From an uncultured delta proteobacterium (GTDB lineage Bacteria > Myxococcota_A > Polyangia > Polyangiales > Houyiibacteriaceae), in the NCBI GenBank assembly GCA_963768985.1, contig CAVYJZ010000001.1, positions 87,002 through 151,001 on the forward strand: 64,000 nucleotides of DNA, in the 5' to 3' direction. This document shows, one piece after another, positions 18,497 through 27,820 of the stretch. Both the position numbers and the translations under genes were made by a program. Numbering within the stretch: position 1 is the stretch's first letter; every line of letters begins with the position of its first letter. The notes under the pieces were generated by a model. It had not been told where the DNA came from, did not search any database, and was given only the letters and a program-made list of their open reading frames with translations.

Positions 18497-19341
18497 ACGA
18501 CGCGATCGAGCAACCGCCTTTGAAGAAGGGTCTGTCCGGCACCGCGCTTCGCGTTGCAACCGTTGCGCCACTGATTCCAATCATCATCTGGATGATGTTC
18601 GCGGGACCTCGCTGGCTTTGGCAAACGTTCATCCTCGCCGCGATCGCGATCGGCGGTTACGAATTGATGGCGATGAAAGTTTCATCGTCGCGAAGGCTTC
18701 GCACATGGGGTTCGTTGTCGTCGGTCCTGTTCGCCTACACGATCATCTTCAACGACAGTGCGACGGCGGTGTATGGGGTCGTGTTGCTGATCATCTTCAG
18801 TGCCATGGTCTGGGGGCTCTTGCAGGAGGATCCGCTGCACGATGCTGGCGTGCGCATCGGCTGGTTGATCGGCACGCCGGTGTATGTCGGCGGCGGTATG
18901 GTCGCGCTCGCGCTGGTGCGTGATTTTGATCCGACGGGAGCCTGGGTGCTGATGACGATGGCGCTCGCATGGGGCAGTGATACCGCGGCGTATTTCGTCG
19001 GTCGGAAGTTCGGAAAGACCAAGCTCGCACCGCGCATTTCACCCAAGAAGACCATCGAAGGGTCCGCTGGAGGCTTGGCGGCTTCGGTCGTCGGCGCCTT
19101 GATCCTGAGCTTCTTCTTGCCCGGGCTGGGGCCCCTCGATGCCGTGGCTCTCGGGATCCTCGGCGGCGCCGCCGGGCAAGCGGGAGATCTTCTCATGTCC
19201 GTGCTGAAGCGAAGCAGCGGCGTGAAGGACAGCGGCGGAATCCTGCCAGGTCATGGCGGCATTTTGGACCGCGTCGATGCGCTCGTGTTCACAGCTCCGG
19301 CCACCTGGGCCTACGGTCACTTCCTGGCCGGTTTGGGATAG
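18493..19341 (+). CDS. cdsA: Phosphatidate cytidylyltransferase
   Basis: 'SDTAAYFVGRKFGKTKLAPRISPKKTIEGS' and 'GHGGILDRVD'. Overlaps the uppS stop by 4 nt. Confidence 0.9.
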   Translation: MNDAIEQPPLKKGLSGTALRVATVAPLIPIIIWMMFAGPRWLWQTFILAAIAIGGYELMAMKVSSSRRLRTWGSLSSVLFAYTIIFNDSATAVYGVVLLIIFSAMVWGLLQEDPLHDAGVRIGWLIGTPVYVGGGMVALALVRDFDPTGAWVLMTMALAWGSDTAAYFVGRKFGKTKLAPRISPKKTIEGSAGGLAASVVGALILSFFLPGLGPLDAVALGILGGAAGQAGDLLMSVLKRSSGVKDSGGILPGHGGILDRVDALVFTAPATWAYGHFLAGLG

Positions 19342-19496
19342 GCTGGGCGAGCGCCTGTCCGTTGCCCCACTTCGCAATCGGACGCAGCGACGACGAAATC
19401 GTCCTCGTCGCGGAGGAGCGCTTCGTCCCGCGCCACGATCGGCTTCAGGCGTCGCTGCTACCAAAGCTTGCGAGCCTCGGGATGGACGGGCGCTGA

Positions 19497-20339
19497 TCAG
19501 CGTCCGGCGGCCCTCTTGATTGCGCCGAGATCGAGGATTGCGCCGCCTTCTCCGACGACACTTGGCTGCTGCCCGTCCCACTTTTCCACCGCGCGCAAGT
19601 ACACGATTTCTGGGCTAATTGTCTTTCTCAGAAGCTCTTGCGCCTTGGCTTCGGCCTCGGCGTTGGCCAGCATCGCGTTCGCCGTACCTCTAGCCTTCGC
19701 CTCGGCCTGTTCGGCTTCGACCTTGATGCGCGCGAGATCATTCCTCGCCGTGAGCGCGCGCTGCTCGGCGACCTGCTTCGCTTCGACTGCCTGTTGGTAC
19801 TCGGCGGCAAATTGGAAATCCGTTATCGACAGCTCGGTTACCAGGATGTCGTTCTTGGCGAGCGTTATCTTGATGCTGTCACCGAGTGTCGCTTTCACTT
19901 CCTGACGCTTGGTGATCAGCTCTTCGGCGGTGTACTGCGCCGTCGCTTGTTTGAGAGACTCTTGAAGCGCGGGATCGATGATCGTGTTCTCCACCATCAA
20001 GCGCGTGCCTACGTTGCGGAAGACCTCGACGACCCGCGCCGCGTCGATCCGGTAGTTCAACGCGATCTTCGTCGACACGACCTGAAGGTCTTTGGACGAA
20101 GCCGTTGCGCTTGCTTCCATCTTGTGGACTCGCGTCGAGATGTTGACGATCTGAGTCTTCACCGGTGTTCTAAAGTAGATCCCTTCCTGCAGAGCAACAT
20201 CTTGGATTTCGCCCCACTTCATCACCACGCCGAGATTGCCAGCATCGACCTGTGTGCAACCGGCAAGCCCGGTGGCCAGAAGCGCCACCGAGACGGCGCG
20301 CGGAAAATTCTGCTTGAATTTCATATACATATCTCTCAT
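19497..20339 (-). CDS. SPFH/band-7 (prohibitin-like) lipoprotein
   Basis: Lipobox 'LATGLAGC', an SPFH core, and a coiled-coil Ala/Glu-rich C-terminus 'QRALTARNDLARIKVEAEQAEAKA'. Confidence 0.85.
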   Translation of the reverse strand: MRDMYMKFKQNFPRAVSVALLATGLAGCTQVDAGNLGVVMKWGEIQDVALQEGIYFRTPVKTQIVNISTRVHKMEASATASSKDLQVVSTKIALNYRIDAARVVEVFRNVGTRLMVENTIIDPALQESLKQATAQYTAEELITKRQEVKATLGDSIKITLAKNDILVTELSITDFQFAAEYQQAVEAKQVAEQRALTARNDLARIKVEAEQAEAKARGTANAMLANAEAEAKAQELLRKTISPEIVYLRAVEKWDGQQPSVVGEGGAILDLGAIKRAAGR

Positions 20340-20376
20340 CTCTAGGGCCCCGTTACCGCTCGTCCGCTCGCCCTGC

Positions 20377-21096
20377 TTACCAATCGAAAATGGCCACTAC
20401 GATCCCCGTGGCGACGATCAGTGCGCCTGCCGCACTGTCGCCATAGCGTTGGATCCAGTTCCCTTTGAACATCTGAGCGCCGGAGTGCGCCAAGGTGACG
20501 AGGGTGACCATCGCACCGACGGTCGCTATCTCGTACGCCACCACGAGAGCGATCGTCTCCGCGGCCGAGAGCGGCGCCGCGGCGAATAGAATCGGGATCA
20601 CCGCAACGCAAGGGTCCGCGCAGTAAATCAAGAACAACGACCAAGTTGTAACGCGCGAAGCGTCGTGCACGTGATCGTAGTGATCGTGGCGATGATGATG
20701 ATGACGATGATGGTCGGTGTGACCGTGATGATCGTCGTGATCGTGAGGGTGGGCGTGATGGCCATGTAGGCGAGCTGCCAATGCCCCGCGGAGACCCCAA
20801 ATGCCGTAGGCGAGGCCAAACCCGATCAAGAGCAAGCCCGCGACCGAGACCATCTGTTCGCCGAGCGATTGAAAAAGGTGCGCACCGAACATCAGTGCGA
20901 GAAGACCGAGCAGCACCGAGACCGTCACGTGCCCGAGCCCGCAAACGAATGCGACGCGTGCCGTGCGCCCTCTCGACCAGTCTCGCGCGCGTGCCACCGC
21001 GGCGATTGGAACCCAATGGTCGGGCGCCAAAGAATGCAGTGATCCTATGGTGATAGCGGCGACCGCCAGAGATGCGAAGAGGCTAGCCGTGCTCAT
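20377..21096 (-). CDS. Polytopic membrane protein with a 35-residue His-rich loop; putative Ni/Co transporter linked to the hyp genes
   Basis: 'LHSLAPDHWVPI' motif and loop 'HGHHAHPHDHDDHHGHTDHHRHHHHRHDHYDHVHD'. It overlaps the hypB 3' end by 14 nt. The family assignment (RcnA/NicO-like or UreH-like) is inference. Confidence 0.6.
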   Translation of the reverse strand: MSTASLFASLAVAAITIGSLHSLAPDHWVPIAAVARARDWSRGRTARVAFVCGLGHVTVSVLLGLLALMFGAHLFQSLGEQMVSVAGLLLIGFGLAYGIWGLRGALAARLHGHHAHPHDHDDHHGHTDHHRHHHHRHDHYDHVHDASRVTTWSLFLIYCADPCVAVIPILFAAAPLSAAETIALVVAYEIATVGAMVTLVTLAHSGAQMFKGNWIQRYGDSAAGALIVATGIVVAIFDW

Positions 21097-21835
21097 GGTG
21101 ATGCCCCCCGGGGTGCTCGTGATGGGAGTGCTGCTCAGCCGGACGCGCAGTGGGCTCAGGTCGGCGATCTTCGAGCCATCGCAACCAGGCGTCGATCCCT
21201 TCTCCTGTTCGCGCGGAAACCTTCAACAAGCTTGCCTCGGGCATCACGCGGGCGAGTGCGTCTTCAACGGCCGCGACGTCGAAGTCCAGATGCGGAATCA
21301 GATCGATCTTCGTGAGCAAGACCAGATCCGCCTTTTGGAACATCACGGGATACTTCAGTGGCTTGTCTTCGCCTTCGGTGACCGACAGGGCGACTACGTT
21401 CGCGGCCTGACCGAGATCGTATATCGCTGGACACACCAAATTCCCAACGTTCTCGATGAAGAAAATGTCGCGGTCGTTCGCAGGGAAATGGTGCATCGCG
21501 TGATGCACGAGACGCGCATCGAGGTGACACGCCGACCCGGTCGTGATGGTCGTGGAGACGATCCCCGCAGCGTTCAGTCGATTGGCGTCACGATCCGTCG
21601 CTAGGTCACCGCTCACCGCGCCGAGCTTGAGGCGTCCAGCAGCAGCTTTGGCAGTGGCTTCGAGAACCGCGGTTTTTCCGGCCCCAGGAGAACCCATGAG
21701 GTTGATCGCCAACACGCCTAACTCATCGAAATGACTCCTGTTATGAGCTGCTTGCGCATCGTTGTCAGATAGGATCCGCTCCTGCACCTCGATAGGAACG
21801 ATCTCTGGGTCACCGCATCCGCAGGTCTCACACAT
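21083..21835 (-). CDS. hypB: Hydrogenase nickel-incorporation GTPase HypB
   Basis: N-terminal 'MCETCGCG', 'GSPGAGKT', 'ENVGNLVCPA', and a His-rich tail 'HSHHEHPGGHHHEHG'. ATG at 21835. Confidence 0.93.
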   Translation of the reverse strand: MCETCGCGDPEIVPIEVQERILSDNDAQAAHNRSHFDELGVLAINLMGSPGAGKTAVLEATAKAAAGRLKLGAVSGDLATDRDANRLNAAGIVSTTITTGSACHLDARLVHHAMHHFPANDRDIFFIENVGNLVCPAIYDLGQAANVVALSVTEGEDKPLKYPVMFQKADLVLLTKIDLIPHLDFDVAAVEDALARVMPEASLLKVSARTGEGIDAWLRWLEDRRPEPTARPAEQHSHHEHPGGHHHEHG

Positions 21836-22175
21836 GAGGGGCCTCCATTTCAATCCGTTGCAAGATGATCTCGTCTCCCTGAACCATGCGGGCCGGGCGT
21901 CCACAGGCTTCGCACCGAAGTATTGCACCACGCTCGATGATACGACCGCAGGAAGGGCATGCCCAGCTCGGTGCAACCGTGGCGATCTCGAGCTCGGCGC
22001 TTTCACAAATCGTCCGCTCCCGAAACGTGTCGAAGGCGGTCTTCAACAAATCGAGCTCGACGCCGGACAGCTCGCCGATCTGTACGTGCAAGCGATGCAC
22101 ACGGGCGTTTCCATACGCCGCAGCTTCTTGCTGCACGCGATCGATCAACGAAGCGACGATGGAGTATTCGTGCAT
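21828..22175 (-). CDS. hypA: Hydrogenase nickel-insertion protein HypA
   Basis: 'MHEYSI' N-terminus and zinc site 'CPSCG...CEACG'. Overlaps the hypB start by 8 nt. Confidence 0.9.
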   Translation of the reverse strand: MHEYSIVASLIDRVQQEAAAYGNARVHRLHVQIGELSGVELDLLKTAFDTFRERTICESAELEIATVAPSWACPSCGRIIERGAILRCEACGRPARMVQGDEIILQRIEMEAPHV

Positions 22176-22179
22176 CGCG

Positions 22180-23022
22180 CTACTCGCTCCCGAACGTAGG
22201 CGGACGTTTGTCGAAGAAAGCGGCGATGCCTTCGGCGAAATTCGGGCCGTCCGCGATGCGAGCAAGCTCTGTGAGCTCCGCATCGAGGTGGACGTCGAGA
22301 CGATCCATGCCGGCGGCCTGGTTCAGAAGGCTCTTCGCAACCCCCACCGCGGCAGTCGGTGACGCGGCGAGCTCGGTCGCGACCTTCATAGCCTCCGCGT
22401 CGATCGAATCAACGGGAAATACGCGGTTGATGAGCCCCCACTGGAGCGCTTCGGAAGCGGTCAAACGCGGGTTGAGAAGCACCAGCTCGAGCGCCTTCCG
22501 AAGGCCGATCAAGCGGGGCAGGAAGAACGTCGAGCTCTCCGCCCCCGTGAGCCCGGTCTTGAAGTACGCCCACTCGAACCAGGCACGCTCCGAAGCGACG
22601 ACGAGATCACAACTCATCGCGATTCCGAAACCACCTGCCGCAGCTGGACCATCGACCACGGCGATGAATGGCTTGGGCGCTCGCCGGATCTCCGAGATCG
22701 TGCTGTGGATGTATTCGAGGATCTGTTTGAAGATCTCGCCGTAGCCCTCGCGCGGCTCGCTGGTCTCGGGTTGCAAATAGCCCAGCTCGTCTCGATTGCC
22801 GCCGTCGCGAATGTACTTCAGGTCGGCACCACTGCAGAACACCCCACCCTCGCCGCGAATCAAGACGGCGCGCACGTCTCGATCGCGGGCCAGTTGCAGA
22901 CCCGCGCGGCGGAAGTCCTGGGCGGTTTCCACATCGAGCGAATTGAGGCGCTCCCGACGGTCGATGGTCAGAATTCCCACCGCGCCCTGCCGCTCGAGTC
23001 GGATGTGTTTCATCGTACCCAT
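22180..23022 (-). CDS. Enoyl-CoA hydratase/isomerase (crotonase) family protein embedded in the hyp operon
   Basis: 'RAVLIRGEGGVFCSGADLKYI' and the rest of a crotonase fold. It sits 3 nt after the hypE stop and 4 nt before the hypA start. Confidence 0.85.
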   Translation of the reverse strand: MGTMKHIRLERQGAVGILTIDRRERLNSLDVETAQDFRRAGLQLARDRDVRAVLIRGEGGVFCSGADLKYIRDGGNRDELGYLQPETSEPREGYGEIFKQILEYIHSTISEIRRAPKPFIAVVDGPAAAGGFGIAMSCDLVVASERAWFEWAYFKTGLTGAESSTFFLPRLIGLRKALELVLLNPRLTASEALQWGLINRVFPVDSIDAEAMKVATELAASPTAAVGVAKSLLNQAAGMDRLDVHLDAELTELARIADGPNFAEGIAAFFDKRPPTFGSE

Positions 23023-23025
23023 GGA

Positions 23026-24066
23026 TCAACAAATCCTCGGAAGGAGCTCGCCCTCGGGTTCGGCGAGCAAGCGGCTCCCAAACCCCGTGTCGAGCACCAC
23101 GAAGCCGGGCCGTTCGACCACGCATTCGCCTATAATTGCGGCATTTCGGCCTAGTGGATGCGCGCGCACGGCGTCCAGCACCGCATCGGCAACTCCGGGT
23201 CGCAAGCCGATCACCGCTTTGCCTTCGTTGGCGGATACCAAGGGGTCGATCCCCAGCAACTCTCCGACCGCGCGGACCTCGTCGCGGAGCGGTACCGACG
23301 TCTCGTCGATGATGATGCCGACCTCGCTCTTGCCGGCCATCTCGTGGAGCGCGCTCGACAAGCCCCCACGCGTGGGATCCTTGAGGGCCGCGACACCTTC
23401 GCCCCCAACGTCGAGCACGCGCCGCACGAGCGTGTGTAGGGGTGCCACGTCGGACTCGAGCCTGGTCTCCAGAGCAAGCTCGTTGCGCGTCGCCATGATC
23501 GCAAGTCCGTGATCGCCCATCGTCCCCGTGACGAGGATCTTGTCGCCAGGGCGAAGTCCGGCATCCGATACCAACCTCTTCGTGAACCCCACTCCGGTCG
23601 TGTTCAGCACCAGGCCGTCGAGCTCGCCATGCCCCATCACCTTGGTGTCGCCAGTGACGATCGTCGTTCCCGCTTCCTCACAGGTCGCGCGGATCGAGCT
23701 CCAAATCCGCATCAGCGTATCGCGCGAAAAGCCGTCCTCGATGATCACCGCGCAGGTCAACGCAAGCGGTTCCGTCGCTCCCATCATCGCGAGATCATTG
23801 ATGGTTCCCGATACTGCGAGCCGGCCGATGTCTCCGCCGGGGAACTCGATCGGTTGCACCACGTGTGAGTCGGTGGCGATCACGAGGTATTGATCGCCCA
23901 CGCGAATCGCAGCCCCATCATCCATTGCCGCCAGTCCGATTCCGTCGTTGCCCACATCGCCCAGGCCCTTCGCAAAGACCTGCTCGATCAGCGCACGCAT
24001 CGCGCCTCCGCCGGTGCCGTACTTGAGTGTGATCCTTTCATCCAGCAAACGGGGATTGCGCGTCAT
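23026..24066 (-). CDS. hypE: Hydrogenase maturation protein HypE
   Basis: AIR-synthase-like fold and the diagnostic C-terminus 'LLPRIC'. Confidence 0.95.
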   Translation of the reverse strand: MTRNPRLLDERITLKYGTGGGAMRALIEQVFAKGLGDVGNDGIGLAAMDDGAAIRVGDQYLVIATDSHVVQPIEFPGGDIGRLAVSGTINDLAMMGATEPLALTCAVIIEDGFSRDTLMRIWSSIRATCEEAGTTIVTGDTKVMGHGELDGLVLNTTGVGFTKRLVSDAGLRPGDKILVTGTMGDHGLAIMATRNELALETRLESDVAPLHTLVRRVLDVGGEGVAALKDPTRGGLSSALHEMAGKSEVGIIIDETSVPLRDEVRAVGELLGIDPLVSANEGKAVIGLRPGVADAVLDAVRAHPLGRNAAIIGECVVERPGFVVLDTGFGSRLLAEPEGELLPRIC

Positions 24067-25211
24067 GCCGCGCCTCGCTTCATCGATCGAAGATCGGGTC
24101 GTCCCCCATACTGATGCCAGATTCTACACGTGCCTTCCGTGCTCACCATGCACGCGCCAACCGGTTTGTCAGGCGTGCACTCCTTGCCGAACAGCTGGCA
24201 GTCCGACGGGGAGGCAATCCCGGCCATGATGTCGCCGCACTGACACTGCTGCACGAGCTTCGGCGGGGCGTAGCTCCAGAGCGCCGACGCGTCGATCGTG
24301 AAGCGCTTCCGTGTGTCGTACTGAGCGAACTCGTCGCGCAAGCGAAGATTCCCATTGGGCACATGGGCGATGCCCCGCCAGCGTCCGCCGGTAGGCCGGA
24401 ACACCCGCCACAAGAGCTTCTGAGCGTGGACGTTTCCTTCTCGGGTTACGCAGCGCGGAAACGCGTTCTCTACGCGAGGTTTGCCGCTATTGATGACCTC
24501 GAGCAGCTTCACCAGACCCGCCAGGACATCGAGCGGCTCGAACCCCGCAATGACCACGGGCAAGCCGTGTCGCTCGACGAACTTCTCGAACACAGCGGAA
24601 CCGGTGATGGTTGCCGCGTGCCCTGCGGCGAGAAAGCCTTCAATCTTGGTTTCCGGCATCTCTGCGACGATCTCCATGACCGGCGGAATGTATTTGTGCG
24701 CAGAGAGCACGGAGAAGTTGTCGGGCGGGTCATCGACCAGCACTGCTGCGGTCGCCACCGCCGTCGTTTCGAAGCCCGAAGCGAAAAAGACGACCTCTTC
24801 GTCCAGATCGCGAGCAAGCTCCACGGCTTGCGTGACGCTGTATACGACGTCGACATTCGCGCCCTCTGCCTTTGCATCCGCGAGCGAGAGCGACGTACCA
24901 GGAACCCGTAGCATGTCCCCGTACGAAGCGATGCGAACGCCCTTCTTCGCAAGCGCGACGGCTTCATCGACCTCCGGCACGTCGGTCACGCAGACTGGGC
25001 AACCAGGGCCCATGATCACCTGCAAATTCTCGGGGAAAGCGGACCTCAAGCCGAATTTCGCGATCGCCTGTTCGTGGCTTCCGCAGACGTGCATGAGCGA
25101 CACGGGTGCGTGGTCGGCCTGTCGGACCAGACGCTCGAGCGCGTCGCGAAGACCGCGTGCGCGTTCCGGGTCGCGGAACTTCAACTGAGAGAACGAATCA
25201 GTCGGATTCAT
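24063..25211 (-). CDS. hypD: Hydrogenase maturation protein HypD
   Basis: 'FRDPE', 'MHVCGSHE', 'GPGCPVCVT'. Confidence 0.95.
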   Translation of the reverse strand: MNPTDSFSQLKFRDPERARGLRDALERLVRQADHAPVSLMHVCGSHEQAIAKFGLRSAFPENLQVIMGPGCPVCVTDVPEVDEAVALAKKGVRIASYGDMLRVPGTSLSLADAKAEGANVDVVYSVTQAVELARDLDEEVVFFASGFETTAVATAAVLVDDPPDNFSVLSAHKYIPPVMEIVAEMPETKIEGFLAAGHAATITGSAVFEKFVERHGLPVVIAGFEPLDVLAGLVKLLEVINSGKPRVENAFPRCVTREGNVHAQKLLWRVFRPTGGRWRGIAHVPNGNLRLRDEFAQYDTRKRFTIDASALWSYAPPKLVQQCQCGDIMAGIASPSDCQLFGKECTPDKPVGACMVSTEGTCRIWHQYGGRPDLRSMKRGAA

Positions 25212-25521
25212 CGTGCGCTCCCTTCGGCGAGCGTATCGCCTCGGGCGCAGCGTGGATCTCGGCTCGCACGTCCGCGGCCATCAGATCCTCCTCGTCCGCG
25301 AGGCGCAGAAGCTCGTCGTACAAAGCCAAAGTCTCGACCGCCTCCTCGGGAGGAATCCGACGAATGGCAAACCCAACGTGGTTCAAGATGAAGTCGCCCG
25401 GGTCGACCGGGGCATCGCAGACTTCCAGTCGGACCTGCTTTTTCACACCCCAGAAATCGACCGTCGCGATCTGCATTTCGCGGTCGACGGAGATCACCTT
25501 GCCTGGAACACCTAAGCACAT
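25198..25521 (-). CDS. hypC: Hydrogenase assembly chaperone HypC
   Basis: 'MCLGVPGKV' N-terminus with essential Cys2. Confidence 0.92.
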   Translation of the reverse strand: MCLGVPGKVISVDREMQIATVDFWGVKKQVRLEVCDAPVDPGDFILNHVGFAIRRIPPEEAVETLALYDELLRLADEEDLMAADVRAEIHAAPEAIRSPKGAHDESD

Positions 25522-25540
25522 GTCAGAACTCCTCGGGGCA

Positions 25541-27820
25541 TCAACCTTTGTCTCCCAGAAACGCGTCCGCGATCAAGGCCTGACCGAGCGCAATTCCCCC
25601 ATCGCCGGGCGGAACTTCCGAATGCCGTAAGATATTGATTTTGCTAGACAATTTTTCTGCAATTCCCCCTGTGAGCCTGGCGTTCTGGAAAACGCCGCCC
25701 GTCAAGACCACAGGCGGGCTGCCGTGTTCTGCCAGAAGTCGTTCCAAGAGCTCCACAGTCAGACGCACCAGTGTGTTGTGGAAGCGAGCGGAAACGTCCC
25801 CGGAGGGGGCTCCGGACAACAGGTCCTCGACCGCCGCGCGGACCGTCGGCCGCAAATCGACTTCCATGGGGGTTTCGGTTCGATCGACCGCAAACGCGTA
25901 CGCGTCTCGGATCGACTCGTTTGCCGCGTGGTCCCAGGCGACGGCCACCTGTCCCTCATAGGTCGAGAACGGTCTGTTCAGAGCGAACGCGCCGAAGGCA
26001 TCGAAGTATCGACCGACGCCGCGTGCACGCGGTGCATTGAGACCCCGGTCGATCATCTGCGACACGACCCGAATCGATTCGGGCGCAATGTCACGAAAGA
26101 GCCCGAGTGCATCGACGGGTGGTGAGCCGTCAAATGCATCATGGAGCAGCGAGTATGCAACGCGCCAAACCTCGCGCATTGCCAGATCTCCACCGGGAAG
26201 GCGAACGGGCCGGAACGTGGCTAGCCGTTCAAAGCGATCCGGGAAACAGAGCAGGAATTCGCCGCCCCAAGAGGTCCCATCCTCGCCGAAGCCCGTTCCA
26301 TCATAGACAACACCAAGCACGGGCCCACGAAGCCCATGTTCTGCCATCGCGCTCATGACGTGTGCGTGATGATGCTGAACGCCGACTTTGATTGCATCGT
26401 CTCGCATCATCGCGTAGCGGGTCGACAAGTAACCCGGGTGCAAGTCATGCGCGATCACCTCCGGCCGAACCGATAGAATCGTTTGCATGCTGTCGATCGC
26501 CGCCTCGAAAAATTCGAGCGCGGCGAGCGTTTCGAGGTCGCCGATGTGCGGACCAAAGTAGGCGGTGTCGCCAGATGCAATGCAGAACGTGTTCTTCAAG
26601 TGCGCCCCGCACGCGAGCACCGGACGAGAGACGGGACGCGCCAAGTAGAATGGTCGCGGAACGAATCCGCGCGAGCGTCGCATGACGGTGGGTATCCCCG
26701 CGATCACCCTCGCGACCGAATCGTCGCAGCGAATCGCGATGTCACGGTCATGGAGCAGGATCGCGTCTGCGATTCCGGCGAGGCGGCGAACGGCCTCCGC
26801 GTTTTTGCTGCAGATCGGTTCGTCGGAAACATTGGCAGAGGTCATCACCAAGGGTCGGCCGACGGCATCGAGCAGCAGGTGGTGCATCGGTGTATAGGGC
26901 AGGAACAGGCCCAAAAGCGGGGTATCAGGGCTCACCTCTGCAGCCAGGTGGGTCTCCCCGCGGCGCCTCAGCAGGACGATCGGACGCTCGGGGGCCGTGA
27001 GCAGTGCCTCTTCCTCCGCCGAGACCTCTGCGACCTGTCTTGCGGCATCGACATCGGCGACCATCACTGCAAATGGCTTCTCGTCTCGGTGCTTTCGCTC
27101 CCGAAGGCGGCGAACCGCCCCCGCGTTGCTTGCATCACAGGCTAGGTGAAACCCCCCGAGGCCTTTGACCGCGACGACCGCACCGCGCGTCAAGAGCTCG
27201 GCAGCATTGGCGAGCGGTTCCGATGCATGGGCAGCACCGCCATCGAGCCGGAGGAGGCTGAGCGTCGGTCCGCAGTCCGGGCATGCGTTGGGTTGAGCAT
27301 GAAACCGGCGGTCCTCGATGTCGTCATACTCCCGCTGGCAGGCGGAGCACATTTCAAACTTCGACATCGTCGTCGCGGGACGGTCGTACGGGACGCCGGT
27401 CGCGATCGTGAAGCGTGGGCCGCAAGTCGTGCAGTTGGTGAACGCGTAGCGGTAGCGCCGGTCTCCCGGATCCCAGAGCTCGGCCAGGCACTGCGGGCAG
27501 GTGGCGAGGTCCGGAGGAATCGACAGGGCCTTGGTTCCCTCGAGATCGCTCGATTCGATCACGAAGCCCTCGACCGGAACGGTCGGGATCGAGCTCGACC
27601 GCAGGTTCACAACCCGAGCCGATGAAGGCACATCCACCCGTAATTGCTCGATAAAGGCAGCTAGTCTTGCGTCGGTCCCGAATGCCTCGATCGTGACGCC
27701 TCGAGGGTCGTTTCGAACTCTACCGCGAATGTCGAGACGCTGTGCAAGCCGGTAGACCCAGGGTCGAAACCCCACGCCCTGCACCGTTCCACGAACCTCA
27801 ATCCGCCGTCCCGCCATCAC
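25541..27820 (-). CDS. hypF: Carbamoyltransferase HypF
   Basis: Acylphosphatase 'VRGTVQGVGFRPWVYRLA'. Two zinc-finger pairs (CPQC..CTTCGPRF, CSAC..CPDCGP). YrdC and Kae1-like domains. The start is GTG at 27820 or ATG at 27817. Confidence 0.95.
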   Translation of the reverse strand: MMAGRRIEVRGTVQGVGFRPWVYRLAQRLDIRGRVRNDPRGVTIEAFGTDARLAAFIEQLRVDVPSSARVVNLRSSSIPTVPVEGFVIESSDLEGTKALSIPPDLATCPQCLAELWDPGDRRYRYAFTNCTTCGPRFTIATGVPYDRPATTMSKFEMCSACQREYDDIEDRRFHAQPNACPDCGPTLSLLRLDGGAAHASEPLANAAELLTRGAVVAVKGLGGFHLACDASNAGAVRRLRERKHRDEKPFAVMVADVDAARQVAEVSAEEEALLTAPERPIVLLRRRGETHLAAEVSPDTPLLGLFLPYTPMHHLLLDAVGRPLVMTSANVSDEPICSKNAEAVRRLAGIADAILLHDRDIAIRCDDSVARVIAGIPTVMRRSRGFVPRPFYLARPVSRPVLACGAHLKNTFCIASGDTAYFGPHIGDLETLAALEFFEAAIDSMQTILSVRPEVIAHDLHPGYLSTRYAMMRDDAIKVGVQHHHAHVMSAMAEHGLRGPVLGVVYDGTGFGEDGTSWGGEFLLCFPDRFERLATFRPVRLPGGDLAMREVWRVAYSLLHDAFDGSPPVDALGLFRDIAPESIRVVSQMIDRGLNAPRARGVGRYFDAFGAFALNRPFSTYEGQVAVAWDHAANESIRDAYAFAVDRTETPMEVDLRPTVRAAVEDLLSGAPSGDVSARFHNTLVRLTVELLERLLAEHGSPPVVLTGGVFQNARLTGGIAEKLSSKINILRHSEVPPGDGGIALGQALIADAFLGDKG

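Noticed and set aside
19387-19411. Hairpin GCGACGA-N11-TCGTCGC between the convergent cdsA and SPFH genes, considered as a bidirectional terminator.
   Set aside because: It has no flanking U/A tract, a long loop, and alternative pairings from the repeated CGACGA. It is plausible but not supportable without RNA 3'-end data.
20342-21016. A 224-aa alternative-frame ORF inside the His-rich transporter gene, and the possibility that the CAC/CAT-rich tract (about 20660-20765) is a microsatellite or CRISPR-like repeat.
   Set aside because: The tract is irregular, in frame, and encodes the His-rich loop of a protein with clear TM segments on both sides. It has no repeat-spacer periodicity.
22180-23022. 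Calling the crotonase gene 'hypX'.
   Set aside because: HypX as characterised is about twice as long and has an N-terminal formyl-THF transferase domain that is absent here. Only the fold class and operon position support a link, so it is reported as a hypothesis and not as an annotation.
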